The notes: generated by a model from the sequence alone, not told the origin. DNA of 64,000 nucleotides from Bacteroidales bacterium (GCA_021371855.1 JAJFVL010000052.1:72969-136968); one strand, 5' to 3'. Shown: positions 29,623 through 39,991, counted from the first letter of the stretch. Program-made: numbers and translations.

Positions 29623-31881
29623 TTATTGTTCCAGGGTAACATTATAAACCCTTGATTTTGTGATTGGAATCTCTTTTGATTTGTAACCTTTTGCGCTAAT
29701 AATCAGAACTTCTGAACCCTGGGGAATCTCAAATTTATATTCACCCTTGCCGTTTGAAAGATTTTCAGCAGCCGTATCTTTTACCCTTATTGAAGCATAT
29801 GCAATAGGTTGTCCGGATGTACTCTTGATAACACCCTTAATTTCATTTGGATTGATACCTTTCCTGATTGAAGCTTCGAATTCACGTATGTAATTCAGCT
29901 GGCTTTTTGCTGATGTATTTGATGGATCAATTTCAAGAATCTTGTTATATGCTTCTGCAGCTCTGGACAAGTATGGAAGCCTTCCTTCATTGGTCTTTTC
30001 ATTTGAAGTTGACCGCATTTCAACAGAGCCCAATCCATAGTAACCTTTAATCTTGTTCTCTTTGTTGGCTGGGTCAAGGTTGATCATCCTGTTATAATAA
30101 TCTTTTGATAAACTGAAGTTTTCATTCATCATATGATAATAGCTCAGATATCCGAAAGCTTCCGTCATCTCTGAATCATTTTTTAGTGAATCAGCCTGGG
30201 CTACCTCAATAAGTTTTTCAAACTTGGGTTTTGCCAGTCCCATTTTAGTGTCAGGATCCATTTTTGAATATGCCCTGGCAATCCAGAGATATGCAGGTAC
30301 GTAATTGGGAGACTTTTTAAGTACTACATTAAAAACTGAATCGGCAGATTTGTATTTTTCACCGTTATAAAATGCTCTTCCGATCTGCATGTAATCATCC
30401 ATTTTCTCATTGGCAGGATCGATCAGTTTAGCCCACGTTTTTGCTGCACCTTCATAACGTTTGTATGAATAATATGAGTTGGCTATTTCGTTAAGTAACC
30501 CTTTGTTGTCAGGCTTCATTTCAAGTGCTTTGGCATATTCACCGAAAGCTCTGTCAATATCTGCATCAGCTTTAGCTACATCCGCTTCCAGTTTGCTTAC
30601 TTTTCCTGTAAGTTCATCAACTGATTCTTTGATCTTTGGTTTATTAGCCGCTGTTGCAGAAGCATATTTTGATTTTTCGTTTTCAAGCCTGGGTTTAAGG
30701 CTATTAAGTTCATCTACCATCTTAGGATAATCCTGATTCTTTTTCAGAAGAATTCTTGCCATATAATGATAGTCTTTAAAAATGATGCGTTCAGGGGAAA
30801 CTGTTTTGAAAAGTGTCTCCATATATGATTGTGCTTTATCATAGTCAGGTGGTGTCTTTTCAAAACATGAATAACCGGCAATACGGTTCATATATGTCCT
30901 CGACTTGTCAACCTGGAATATCTCTTCAACGTTCTTAACAACTTCGTCATATTCTTTTGCGTAGAAAAGAGCATTGACATACCTGGTTTTTGCAGGGATA
31001 TTACCTGCGGTAAGCTCAAGATATTTTTTGAAATATTCTTTTGACTGATCGAACCTTTGCGCAAGTGAATATAATTGGCCTAGTTCACGATAAGCAGGTG
31101 CATAGTTAGCATTCAGCTCAATAGCCTGCTCAAAATATGGAATTGCTGCATTAAGAGCACGTCCTTTAACGTAAATATTACCGATTTTCATATTTGCAGT
31201 CGGAGACTGAGGATCAGCGAACTGGGCATTATTATAATTCATAATTGCCTTGGAACCGTCATTTACAAGTATATAAATATCACCGGCGATTAAATAGATG
31301 TCCTTGTTCTTGCTGTCAATCTTGACAGCTTCCCTGATGAGTGGTAAGGCTAAGGAGGTGTCAACTTCACCATCTTTTATATATGATTCTGCAATTTTTG
31401 CAAGTGCAAATGCATAATCTTTGGCTGGCGGATTGATCTTTTTAAGACTCTTGTATGGAAGAAGAAAACTCTTTGCTTTTGCACGCATATCAACAGCAGT
31501 TTTGTCATCGCCCAGATAATAAGCTACTTTGGCAAGCCCGACATAGTTTAACGGATCATTTGGATTTGCCTCAACACCTTTCTGGTAAATTTCTTTTGCT
31601 GACTTTGCGGCTACTGCCAATGAATTGGAGATAGTATCAGCGAAATAATCCAGAAGATAATTCTCACCTAAAAAGAAATAATTTTTGCTGTTGCCTGGTT
31701 CTTTCTGGATTAGCTCCTTGAGCATTGCCTCAGCTTTATCATACTGCTCGCTACGTGTCAGTAGCTGGGCCGAATTTAAATCCTGCGCCTGAGTGCTGAT
31801 TGCAGATACTGTCAGAAAAACTGCCAGAAGAATTGCTGGTCTTAATATTAAACGTTTCATAGCTGTTGTTATTTGAGTCAA
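29623..31881 (-). CDS. Secreted TPR-repeat protein with C-terminal carboxypeptidase-regulatory-like domain
   Basis: 752 aa with a signal peptide (...AVFLTVSAISTQAQ) and many TPR-like repeats. The last ~80 aa (GVIKSTSGQPIAYASIRVKDT...YKFEIPQGSEVLIISAKGY) resemble a CarboxypepD_reg beta-sandwich. Confidence 0.8.
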   Translation of the reverse strand: MTQITTAMKRLILRPAILLAVFLTVSAISTQAQDLNSAQLLTRSEQYDKAEAMLKELIQKEPGNSKNYFFLGENYLLDYFADTISNSLAVAAKSAKEIYQKGVEANPNDPLNYVGLAKVAYYLGDDKTAVDMRAKAKSFLLPYKSLKKINPPAKDYAFALAKIAESYIKDGEVDTSLALPLIREAVKIDSKNKDIYLIAGDIYILVNDGSKAIMNYNNAQFADPQSPTANMKIGNIYVKGRALNAAIPYFEQAIELNANYAPAYRELGQLYSLAQRFDQSKEYFKKYLELTAGNIPAKTRYVNALFYAKEYDEVVKNVEEIFQVDKSRTYMNRIAGYSCFEKTPPDYDKAQSYMETLFKTVSPERIIFKDYHYMARILLKKNQDYPKMVDELNSLKPRLENEKSKYASATAANKPKIKESVDELTGKVSKLEADVAKADADIDRAFGEYAKALEMKPDNKGLLNEIANSYYSYKRYEGAAKTWAKLIDPANEKMDDYMQIGRAFYNGEKYKSADSVFNVVLKKSPNYVPAYLWIARAYSKMDPDTKMGLAKPKFEKLIEVAQADSLKNDSEMTEAFGYLSYYHMMNENFSLSKDYYNRMINLDPANKENKIKGYYGLGSVEMRSTSNEKTNEGRLPYLSRAAEAYNKILEIDPSNTSAKSQLNYIREFEASIRKGINPNEIKGVIKSTSGQPIAYASIRVKDTAAENLSNGKGEYKFEIPQGSEVLIISAKGYKSKEIPITKSRVYNVTLEQ

Positions 31882-31924
31882 ATAAAATTTAATTACTGAT
31901 TCCTATTAATGTAATTCCTGCTTT

Positions 31925-32848
31925 CTAATTCTTGATCTGTACTAATCTTACTGGCATCGTGGCCGGTACCAGCCCAGCTTTAAGAACTATTCTTTGTCCC
32001 TGCTCGGCCGTTGCAAATTGAATAAATCCGGTTCCTAATCCTTTAAAGGTTTCACGGGAAATAAAATAAATCTCCCTCGTAAAAGGATAGGATTTGTCAT
32101 AAATTGAACCCTGGTATGGACGATAATAGCTGCCGTCGTGAACAAACTGCTGCGAAATGGCAACTACATTGATTTTTTTGATAAAACTCATGCTAAGGGA
32201 ATCATCTTTATCACTGATCCAGTTGACGCTTATTATTCCAAGTGCATCAGGATTCCTGGAAACAAAATCAACTACCTCAGGATTATTGTTAACAGCAAAA
32301 AAATTATCAGGAAGAGTATCATTTACATCAAAAAGCTCTTTAAAATACCTTATGTTCCCCGATTTTGTATTGTCGAAAATAATGCGGATATCACCAAGTT
32401 TTGATTTCGGATTGATATCTTTCCAGCTTTTTACTTTTCCAAGGAAAATATCTTTGATAACATTGTATTTAATAAGTGTGTCGTTATTGGACTTATTCGA
32501 AATTATTGCCAGAGCATCATAAGCAAATGCTGTTGTCCTGGCTATAACCAACGTGTCACGAAGGTATTGTATCTGGTCATCCGTAAGTTTTTTGCTTGAT
32601 ACGATTACTTTAACGGAATCGTTCATTAAATCATTTATAATATCATACTCAGGTTTATATTCAGCTTTGATTTTTGCATTATTATATAAATGAGTGAACG
32701 TAAATACTTCAGTATCAATAATAGGTTGGAACGATTCATCAGCTGCAATTTTGATGTCTCCCCTTGTAGGCGTTTCATCAAGGCGTTTATTAGTTCCCCC
32801 GGTACATGAAGCCAAAATAAGCAGTAATCCTATAACAGGATATCGCAT
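31925..32848 (-). CDS. PstS-like periplasmic-binding-fold lipoprotein
   Basis: The track ORF starts at 32959. Met38 (32848) gives a lipoprotein N-terminus, MRYPVIGLLLILASCTG. The family call rests on my memory of the conserved Bacteroidota PstS-like/TPR/exbB/exbD/exbD/tonB arrangement and carries moderate confidence. Confidence 0.7.
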   Translation of the reverse strand: MRYPVIGLLLILASCTGGTNKRLDETPTRGDIKIAADESFQPIIDTEVFTFTHLYNNAKIKAEYKPEYDIINDLMNDSVKVIVSSKKLTDDQIQYLRDTLVIARTTAFAYDALAIISNKSNNDTLIKYNVIKDIFLGKVKSWKDINPKSKLGDIRIIFDNTKSGNIRYFKELFDVNDTLPDNFFAVNNNPEVVDFVSRNPDALGIISVNWISDKDDSLSMSFIKKINVVAISQQFVHDGSYYRPYQGSIYDKSYPFTREIYFISRETFKGLGTGFIQFATAEQGQRIVLKAGLVPATMPVRLVQIKN

Positions 32849-33080
32849 TTTTGATATTAGTTTATGACTGTTCTTTTTATTCACTATTTTACAGCTCGGG
32901 AAACTATCGTTCTGGCTCGCAATAATAATAAAATTTTGAATAACTGATACCCGGTTCATATCCTTTAAATTTTAATAAGGGGTTAAAATTATCTTTAATA
33001 ATAAACAGTGCAAAGTGCATGCCAAGGATCATGTGAAAATTACTAATACTCTTCATAATATGCTTACAAAAGTGAAAAAA

Positions 33081-33317
33081 TCACTCATTGTCTTTATCTT
33101 TTGTAAAGAAAACTTCAATAATCTCGTGATAGGTCCTGAAAGCCCTATATATGCCATAAAAGATAAAAGTCGATCCAATAATAGCCAAAACAGCCGGGTC
33201 AAGAGTACTGTTTTTAAAAAAGAATATCAGGTAAGCGCCTGCTCCCAAATAAAAAAACACCATGAAAAGTGAAAAAATGGTTGTAAATTGTTTCATTATT
33301 TTATTCTCGTTCATCAC
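33081..33317 (-). CDS. Small hypothetical membrane protein
   Basis: 78 aa with two hydrophobic helices. I recognise no family, and its coding status is uncertain. Confidence 0.45.
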   Translation of the reverse strand: MMNENKIMKQFTTIFSLFMVFFYLGAGAYLIFFFKNSTLDPAVLAIIGSTFIFYGIYRAFRTYHEIIEVFFTKDKDNE

Positions 33318-33436
33318 AATAAAATTTTATGTAAAATAAACAAAAAATCAATTAACTGTCAATATAAAACTAATAAATTCGTTATAATCCTCTGAATTAA
33401 ATTAAATAAAAGTGGATTACTATTTAAATAAGTAAA

Positions 33437-34654
33437 TTACTCTCTAAACAGAAGAGAACAATCTCCATAACTTAAAAATCTGAAATCATTTTCAAGAGCA
33501 TATCCATAGATTTTTTTCCAGTTATTTCCAATCCATGCTGAAATGAGTAGGAGCAGAGTGCTTTTAGGTTGATGAAAATTAGTGATTATTCCTTTTATCA
33601 ACCTGAATTCGTATCCCGGGATTATCATTATTCTGGTCGAAGCATGAAGAGCCGGTAAATTATGTTCTTGTAAAAGATTCAGTAAAGCTTCAAGTGATTG
33701 CTTTACGGATGTATCTGTATTCATATCGTATGCTTCCCACTGTCCGAGGGAAAGTGAAAGATCCGAACTATAAGCTGACGGATCCTTTATTATCTTAACT
33801 CCCAACCAATACAGACTTTCAAGTGTTCTGACCGATGTTGTGCCGACAGCAATTATTTTACCATGATTTTTAAGAAGTAATTCAATTGTATTTGACTTAA
33901 CAAAGAAATGTTCACAATGCATTTCATGATCCAGAACATTATCAGATTTTACAGGTTTAAAAGTTCCGGCACCAACGTGCAGAGTTATTTCAGTTGATTC
34001 TACTCCTTTTTCCTTAAGTCTTTCCAGTACAAAGTCCGTGAAATGCAGACCCGCAGTTGGGGCCGCTACTGATCCTTTTATTTTGGAATATACTGTCTGA
34101 TATCTGGTAACATCTTCTGATTCATCATCACGATTGATATAGGGCGGAAGAGGTATGTGGCCGATCGCTTCAATCACCTGTCCAAAACTTATCTCCTGAC
34201 AATTCCACGTAAAACGTATTCTCCATGTCTCACCCTCGGCTTGAAGCTTTTCTGCACTCAAAATATATTGCTGCCCTCTATAATTAAAATATGTTGATAA
34301 TGTTCCCTTTTTCCACTTTTTAAGGTTTCCGATAATACATTTCCATTCCACAGGTTTTCTGGAACCAAATACTAATTCATATTCACAAGGCGAAAGAGGT
34401 TCAAGGCAGAAGACTTCAATGGCGGCTCCGGTCTCTTTTTGAAAAAGAATACGGGCTTTAATAACACGGGTATTGTTAAAAACAAGCAGGGAATCTGAAG
34501 GCATGTAATTTTCTATGTTCCTGAATATGTCTTTAGATATTTTATTATTATTAAAAATAATCAGTTTGGATAAATCCCTTTCATTAACAGGATGTTGAGC
34601 TATTCTTTCAGGTGGAAGATAATAATCGTAATCGTTAAGATCGATTTCTCTCAT
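33437..34654 (-). CDS. queA: S-adenosylmethionine:tRNA ribosyltransferase-isomerase
   Basis: The track ORF starts at 34696. Met15 (about 34654; MREIDLNDYDYYLPPERIAQHP) fits typical QueA N-termini. Motifs LPPYI and TNFHQPKSTLL are present. Confidence 0.93.
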   Translation of the reverse strand: MREIDLNDYDYYLPPERIAQHPVNERDLSKLIIFNNNKISKDIFRNIENYMPSDSLLVFNNTRVIKARILFQKETGAAIEVFCLEPLSPCEYELVFGSRKPVEWKCIIGNLKKWKKGTLSTYFNYRGQQYILSAEKLQAEGETWRIRFTWNCQEISFGQVIEAIGHIPLPPYINRDDESEDVTRYQTVYSKIKGSVAAPTAGLHFTDFVLERLKEKGVESTEITLHVGAGTFKPVKSDNVLDHEMHCEHFFVKSNTIELLLKNHGKIIAVGTTSVRTLESLYWLGVKIIKDPSAYSSDLSLSLGQWEAYDMNTDTSVKQSLEALLNLLQEHNLPALHASTRIMIIPGYEFRLIKGIITNFHQPKSTLLLLISAWIGNNWKKIYGYALENDFRFLSYGDCSLLFRE

Positions 34655-34742
34655 AAAAAAACTTTTATTATATTTTGTCTCGATTTTTTCCGGCACAAAA
34701 TTAACTATTATTATAAGGTGCGTGCAATTAGGGGCAAATTAT

Positions 34743-34750
34743 TAACTTTG
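34743..34750 (+). promoter_or_regulatory. Bacteroidota-type -7 promoter box for rnpB
   Basis: TAACTTTG matches TAnnTTTG and lies about 5 nt upstream of the inferred RNase P RNA 5' end. There is no clean TTTG -33 element. Confidence 0.45.
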
Positions 34751-34753
34751 CAT

Positions 34754-35125
34754 CGCAGCAGGCTGTTCCATCGTCCCGATTTATCGGGAAGGAAAGTCCG
34801 GGCAACACAGAGCACCATATTTCCTAACAGGAAGATATCTGCGAAGGTATAGTAGTGTAACAGAAAATAACCGTCCCGATTTTATCGGGATAAGGGTGAA
34901 AAGGTGAGGTAAGAGCTTACCGGTCCGCGTGGCAACATCCGGAGCCGTACACCTTATGGGTTGAAAGACCATGTATACCGGCGGTAAGGGCTGCTCGTCC
35001 GATGCCGGGGGGTGGGTCGTATGATCCTGATAGTGATATCGGGACTAGATAAATGATGGAAAACGGTTTTAATTTCTTTTGCAGAAAACAAAATCGTACA
35101 GAATCCGGCTTACAGGCCAGCTGCT
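34754..35125 (+). ncRNA. rnpB: RNase P RNA, bacterial type A
   Basis: Conserved blocks are read directly from the sequence: GGAAGGAAAGTCCGGGC, ACAGAAAA, AAGGGTGAAAAGGTGAGGTAAGAGCTTACC and ACAGAATCCGGCTTA. The 5' GCAGCAGGC pairs with the 3' GCCAGCTGC (P1, one mismatch). The ends are approximate (+/-5 nt). Track ORFs 34592-34852(+) and 34781-34972(-) are spurious. Confidence 0.88.
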
Positions 35126-35172
35126 AAAAATAAAAAATTGGGATACGCGATTGCATATCCCAATTTTTTTTA
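35126..35172. terminator. Bidirectional intrinsic terminator (rnpB on + strand, 35181-35882 gene on - strand)
   Basis: AATTGGGATA-(10-nt loop)-TATCCCAATT is flanked by an A-rich run upstream and a T8 run downstream. Confidence 0.75.
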
Positions 35173-35180
35173 ATTGGGTT

Positions 35181-35882
35181 TTATTTCACTTTAAAGAGAC
35201 TGTCTTCTATCGGGACATTTACTTCTATCTTATCCAGGAGGATTACCGCAGCTTCCATTCCATTTGCCATTGTTGTTGTTTTCTTTGGCATAATAACACC
35301 TTCGGTATCGACATAATCAGTCATGTATGAATCAACATTCATCTTGGTTCCGGCCTGATCAACAGATGTCGATGTTTTGACAAGCATATATGATCCTTTA
35401 TCAATGAATAAGAATATCGGAGTTCCCTGAAGGGTCGTTTTTAACTTAAATGCAGGTTTCTCGTTTACATTCTCCTGTCCTTCAAGGGTTAGTTGTCCGT
35501 TGCTGAAGTAGTTAAGGACGCTGTTACGGAATGCATTATTGTCCTGAACCTGTTTTAACTGTTCACCGGTTAATTCCACGGGATTATTGGAACCAGTCAT
35601 GGGATTTATCATATATCCTTTTTCTCCGTCGAATACCGACACCATATCCTGTCCGTTAAAACTAATAGTACTCTTGACTTTATTGGGATTTTTGGATAAT
35701 ATTACCATTGGCATTTCCATACCCATTGATGACATCCTGCCAGTAACCTTTATTGATGTTACACCAGCAAGTTTATCAGATTTCATGGCTGCAGCATGGT
35801 TTTTTACAATTTCATCCAGCGTCTGAGCATTGATGACAGTAATTGCAACGAGTCCGGCTAAAACAAACACGAGTTTTTTCAT
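35181..35882 (-). CDS. Hypothetical secreted protein (LolA-like / lipoprotein-sorting fold suspected)
   Basis: 233 aa with the signal peptide MKKLVFVLAGLVAITVINAQ. I cannot name a diagnostic motif, so the fold assignment is a guess. Confidence 0.6.
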   Translation of the reverse strand: MKKLVFVLAGLVAITVINAQTLDEIVKNHAAAMKSDKLAGVTSIKVTGRMSSMGMEMPMVILSKNPNKVKSTISFNGQDMVSVFDGEKGYMINPMTGSNNPVELTGEQLKQVQDNNAFRNSVLNYFSNGQLTLEGQENVNEKPAFKLKTTLQGTPIFLFIDKGSYMLVKTSTSVDQAGTKMNVDSYMTDYVDTEGVIMPKKTTTMANGMEAAVILLDKIEVNVPIEDSLFKVK

Positions 35883-35906
35883 GATATTGATTTTAAAATG
35901 AAATAA

Positions 35907-36734
35907 TTAAAAGGAATTTATGGTTTTTCTTATTGCAACGAGCTTACTTAAAAGATTATCCATTTCAGAAAGTTTCAGCATGTTTGCCCCGTCCGATTTG
36001 GCAACTGCCGGATCAGTATGAGTCTCAATGAAAATGCCATCGGCTCCTACACTTATGGCAGCCTTTCCTATTGTCTCGATCATCTCCGGTCTGCCTCCCG
36101 ATACACCAGCCTCCTGGTTTGGTTGTTGCAGCGAATGGGTAATGTCCATTATGACAGGAACCCCAACCTTCTGCATTATGGGAATATTCCTGAAGTCAAC
36201 AACAATGTCCTGATAGCCAAACATATTGCCCCTGTCCGTAAGCATAACATTGTTGTTACCTGATTCCCTCACCTTTTCTACGGCAAACCTCATTGATGAA
36301 CCTGACAGGAACTGACCTTTTTTAATATTGACCCATTTCCCGGTTTTTGCAGCTGCAATTAGCAAGTCGGTCTGTCTGCATAAAAAGGCCGGTATTTGAA
36401 GGATATCAACATATTCTGAAGCAATTTCAGCTTCATCCGGATTATGAATATCAGTTATAACCGGAACAGAAAATTCCTTTTTAACTTCTTCAAGTATCTT
36501 CAGCGCTTTTAAATCACCAATTCCTGAAAATGAATCGGCTTTCGACCTGTTTGCTTTTCTGTAGGAAGACTTGAACACAAAAGGGATCTGATATTTTTCA
36601 GACAGCATTTTCAGATGTTTTGCTATCTCTAATACTATTTTCTCGCCTTCAACAACACAAGGTCCAGCAATTAAAAGAAAATTGCCAGTCTCTGTAAACT
36701 TAATTCCCGGAATATTTATTTCAGCATTTGACAT
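35907..36734 (-). CDS. kdsA: 3-deoxy-8-phosphooctulonate synthase
   Basis: 275 aa with motifs FKSSYRKANRS, ITDIH and DITHSLQ. A TAACTTTG -7-like box lies on the minus strand at about 36742-36749. Confidence 0.95.
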   Translation of the reverse strand: MSNAEINIPGIKFTETGNFLLIAGPCVVEGEKIVLEIAKHLKMLSEKYQIPFVFKSSYRKANRSKADSFSGIGDLKALKILEEVKKEFSVPVITDIHNPDEAEIASEYVDILQIPAFLCRQTDLLIAAAKTGKWVNIKKGQFLSGSSMRFAVEKVRESGNNNVMLTDRGNMFGYQDIVVDFRNIPIMQKVGVPVIMDITHSLQQPNQEAGVSGGRPEMIETIGKAAISVGADGIFIETHTDPAVAKSDGANMLKLSEMDNLLSKLVAIRKTINSF

Positions 36735-36866
36735 ATTATAACAAAGTTAAAAAAATAATTAATATAGCGAAATTTGTCTCATATTTTCTTTGTACCACTT
36801 TGATGTACCATATTGAATATCGGTATTTCTGCCTTTAACACCTCACACATCACACCCACACCTGTT

Positions 36867-38168
36867 TTAATGCTTATCGTATTTGTAATAATCTTTCCAC
36901 ATTGCTGAGAGCCTCTTTCTGATATCATCTTCCCTGGCATTGACTCCGGGTTCATAGAAGACAGTACCTTTCAATTCATCAGGAAGGAAATTATCGGGAA
37001 CAAAATTTCCTGAATAGCTGTGAGCATATTTGTATTCTTTCCCGTATTCAAGGTTCTTCATGAGTTTGGTCGGAGCATTTCTTATATGCAATGGGACAGG
37101 GAGATCTCCTTCAGCTCTAACCCTTTCTATAGCTTCATCGATTGCCAGGTAAGAGGAATTGCTTTTTTGGGAAGTTGCCAGATAGATCGCTGTTTCGGAA
37201 AGAATTATCCTCGATTCCGGCCATCCGATTACATTAACAGCCTCAAAACAGGCCTGGGCAAGGAGTAGTGCGTTTGGATTGGCAAGTCCGATATCCTCTG
37301 CTGCAAGTATCAGCATACGTCTTGCAATAAACTTTGGATCCTCACCGCCTTCGACCATACGGGCAAGCCAGTAAACAGCGGCATTGGGATCGCTTCCCCT
37401 CATGGATTTAATAAATGCTGAAATTATATCATAATGCTGTTCTCCATTCTTATCGTAAAGGGCAAGATTCTTCTGAACATGCTTCAGTACCATCTCATCA
37501 TTAATGATGATTTTTTCAGATGACGCTTCATCAGCTTCCGAACTGACTACAAGTTCCAGCGCATTATATAGTTTTCTGGCGTCGCCGCCCGATATTCGTA
37601 TTAAGGCTTCATGCTCAGTAATTTCTATGTCGTAGTTTGAGAGATAGCTGTCTTTTTTCAAAGCTCTGTTCAATAATTCAACCAGATCATTTTCAGTGAG
37701 GGATTTCATTACATAAACCTGGCATCGCGATAAAAGTGGTGATATGACCTCGAATGATGGATTCTCCGTGGTTGCACCGATTAACGTTATTATTCCCTGC
37801 TCAACTGCACTCAAAAGAGAATCTTGCTGTGATTTGTTAAAGCGGTGGATTTCATCTATGAACAGGATCGGATTAGGCTGATTGAAAAACTGTTGTTTTT
37901 TTGCTTTTTCAATTGTCTCTCTGACATCTTTTACCCCCGAATGGACAGCACTTAATTGATAGAATGGTCTCTTGGTGGTGTTTGCTATTATCCCGGCGAG
38001 TGTTGTTTTTCCTACTCCCGGAGGTCCCCACAAAATGAACGACGGGATATTCCCTGATTCAATAACTTTTCTCAGAACAGCGTTTTTCCCGACAAGATGC
38101 TCCTGCCCGTAGAACTCTCCAAGTTCTTTTGGTCTCAGTCTTTCGGCCAGTGGTTGATTTGCCAGCAT
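36867..38168 (-). CDS. rarA: Replication-associated recombination protein A (AAA+ ATPase)
   Basis: 433 aa with Walker A GPPGVGKTT, Walker B FIDEIHRFNK, and an MgsA-type C-terminal region. Confidence 0.93.
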   Translation of the reverse strand: MLANQPLAERLRPKELGEFYGQEHLVGKNAVLRKVIESGNIPSFILWGPPGVGKTTLAGIIANTTKRPFYQLSAVHSGVKDVRETIEKAKKQQFFNQPNPILFIDEIHRFNKSQQDSLLSAVEQGIITLIGATTENPSFEVISPLLSRCQVYVMKSLTENDLVELLNRALKKDSYLSNYDIEITEHEALIRISGGDARKLYNALELVVSSEADEASSEKIIINDEMVLKHVQKNLALYDKNGEQHYDIISAFIKSMRGSDPNAAVYWLARMVEGGEDPKFIARRMLILAAEDIGLANPNALLLAQACFEAVNVIGWPESRIILSETAIYLATSQKSNSSYLAIDEAIERVRAEGDLPVPLHIRNAPTKLMKNLEYGKEYKYAHSYSGNFVPDNFLPDELKGTVFYEPGVNAREDDIRKRLSAMWKDYYKYDKH

Positions 38169-38284
38169 TGTGAAATTGTTTTTGTAAAAGTAATAAAAAC
38201 AATATTTGTTCTATTGATAATAAAGAAATGCATCAAAGAAATAGTGGTTTTTTGCTATAATTGTGCTTCAGTAATGCTGGAATC

Positions 38285-39991
38285 ATGAAAAAGTATTTTC
38301 TATATCTGGTTGCCTTATTAATCCTGGCCGGTTGTTCGGGGAAAAGAGGAAGCAATGACGCGAAAAGCATTGAAGGCAGAGACATAGTAGCTGATAGTGG
38401 AATGGTGGTTTCGGCTCACCCGCAGAGTTCTGCCATTGGAGTGAAAATACTTCAGAAAGGTGGAAATGCAATTGATGCTGCAGTAGCCACAGAGTTTGCT
38501 CTTGCTGTTTGCTACCCTGAAGCCGGAAATATTGGGGGAGGAGGATTTATGTTGATCAGAACGTACGATGGTAAAACAGATATAATTGATTTCAGGGAAG
38601 AAGCTCCATCACTTGCAACCCGCGACATGTATCTTGATATTAAAGGTAATGTAACAGAAGGAGCAAGCACTGATACTCACCTGGCGAGTGGTGTTCCCGG
38701 AACAGTCGATGGAATGATTTTAGCTCACTCAAGGTATGGAAAACTTCCTTTCAGAGATGTCGTACAACCTGCTATTGAGCTTGCAGAAAAAGGTTTTCCT
38801 GTAACAAAGGAACAGGCTGCCTCGCTTAATTCCAACAGAACCATGTTTATTGAAAGAAACTCAGCCCGAACCGCATTTGTCAGGGATTCTTTGTGGAAAG
38901 AAGGAGATATCCTTATTCAGTTTGATCTTGCAGAGACTCTTAAAAGGATCAGAGATTATGGGAGGGATGGATTCTATGGCGGGAAAACAGCCCGCCTTAT
39001 AATTAAAGAGATGCACAGAGGAAATGGAATCATTAATGAAAATGACCTGAAAGAATACAAATCAGCTTCACGGAATTCTATATCTGTTGATTACAAAGGC
39101 TATAAAGTTATTACCATACCTCCTCCTTCTGGTGGCGGAATAATGCTCATTCAGCTTCTGCAAATGATCGAACCATATCCTGTAAGAGACTGGGGTTTTC
39201 ATTCCACGCAGGTAATTCATCTTATGGTTGAAGCTGAAAGAAGAGCTTTTGCTGATCGCTCGGAATACCTGGGTGACCCTGAATTTATGAAAAGCCCTTT
39301 CTGTAAATTAATTGACAAAAAATATATTATTCACAGAATGACCACTTTTGATCCCAAAAGAGCCTCTCAGTCTTTGACAATCAAACCTGGCTCTCCTGAA
39401 GGATATTCCAGCGAAGAAACAACTCATTTCTCAGTAGTTGATGCAGATGGCAATGCTGTATCTGTGACAACAACACTTAATAATACATTCGGGAACAGTA
39501 TAGTAGTTGACAGCGCCGGGTTCATTCTGAATAATGAGATGGATGATTTTTCAGTCAAACCGGGTTTTCCGAACATGTATGGAATGGTTGGAGGCGAAAT
39601 AAATTCTGTTCAACCTGGTAAAAGAATGCTAAGTTCAATGACTCCTACTATTGTTGAAAAAAACGGGAGACTGTCTCTGGTTGTCGGATCTCCGGGAGGC
39701 TCAACCATCCCGACATCAGTTTTTCAGGTACTTGTAAATGTAATCGATTTTGATATGAGTATTCAGGAAGCCGTTGATAAAGGGCGATTTCATCACCAAT
39801 GGCTGCCCGATTATATAAGCTATGAAAAAAATGCTATTGACAGCATCACTGTCTGCAAACTCAATGAAATGGGACATAAACTCAAATCACGCAGTTCAAT
39901 AGGCCGGGTTAATGCAATACAAATTCTTCCTGATGGCAGAAAATCCGGTGGAGCAGACAAAAGAAGTTATAATTCATCTTGTGGATACTGA
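38285..39991 (+). CDS. ggt: Gamma-glutamyltransferase
   Basis: The track ORF starts at 38261. Met9 (38285) gives a lipoprotein N-terminus, MKKYFLYLVALLILAGCSG. GGT features are GGGGFML, the autoprocessing Thr context EETTHFSVVD, and GSPGGSTIP. Confidence 0.93.
   Translation: MKKYFLYLVALLILAGCSGKRGSNDAKSIEGRDIVADSGMVVSAHPQSSAIGVKILQKGGNAIDAAVATEFALAVCYPEAGNIGGGGFMLIRTYDGKTDIIDFREEAPSLATRDMYLDIKGNVTEGASTDTHLASGVPGTVDGMILAHSRYGKLPFRDVVQPAIELAEKGFPVTKEQAASLNSNRTMFIERNSARTAFVRDSLWKEGDILIQFDLAETLKRIRDYGRDGFYGGKTARLIIKEMHRGNGIINENDLKEYKSASRNSISVDYKGYKVITIPPPSGGGIMLIQLLQMIEPYPVRDWGFHSTQVIHLMVEAERRAFADRSEYLGDPEFMKSPFCKLIDKKYIIHRMTTFDPKRASQSLTIKPGSPEGYSSEETTHFSVVDADGNAVSVTTTLNNTFGNSIVVDSAGFILNNEMDDFSVKPGFPNMYGMVGGEINSVQPGKRMLSSMTPTIVEKNGRLSLVVGSPGGSTIPTSVFQVLVNVIDFDMSIQEAVDKGRFHHQWLPDYISYEKNAIDSITVCKLNEMGHKLKSRSSIGRVNAIQILPDGRKSGGADKRSYNSSCGY

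Noticed and set aside
34592-34972. ORFs 34592-34852(+) and 34781-34972(-) lie in the queA-to-35181 gap.
   Set aside because: The region contains all the conserved blocks of bacterial type-A RNase P RNA. These ORFs are by-products of a structured GC-richer RNA gene.
36838-36865. A CA-rich tract, CACCTCACACATCACACCCACACCTG, lies just downstream of the rarA stop.
   Set aside because: It is a single short low-complexity tract with no repeat periodicity, no pairing partner, and no G-runs sufficient for a quadruplex.
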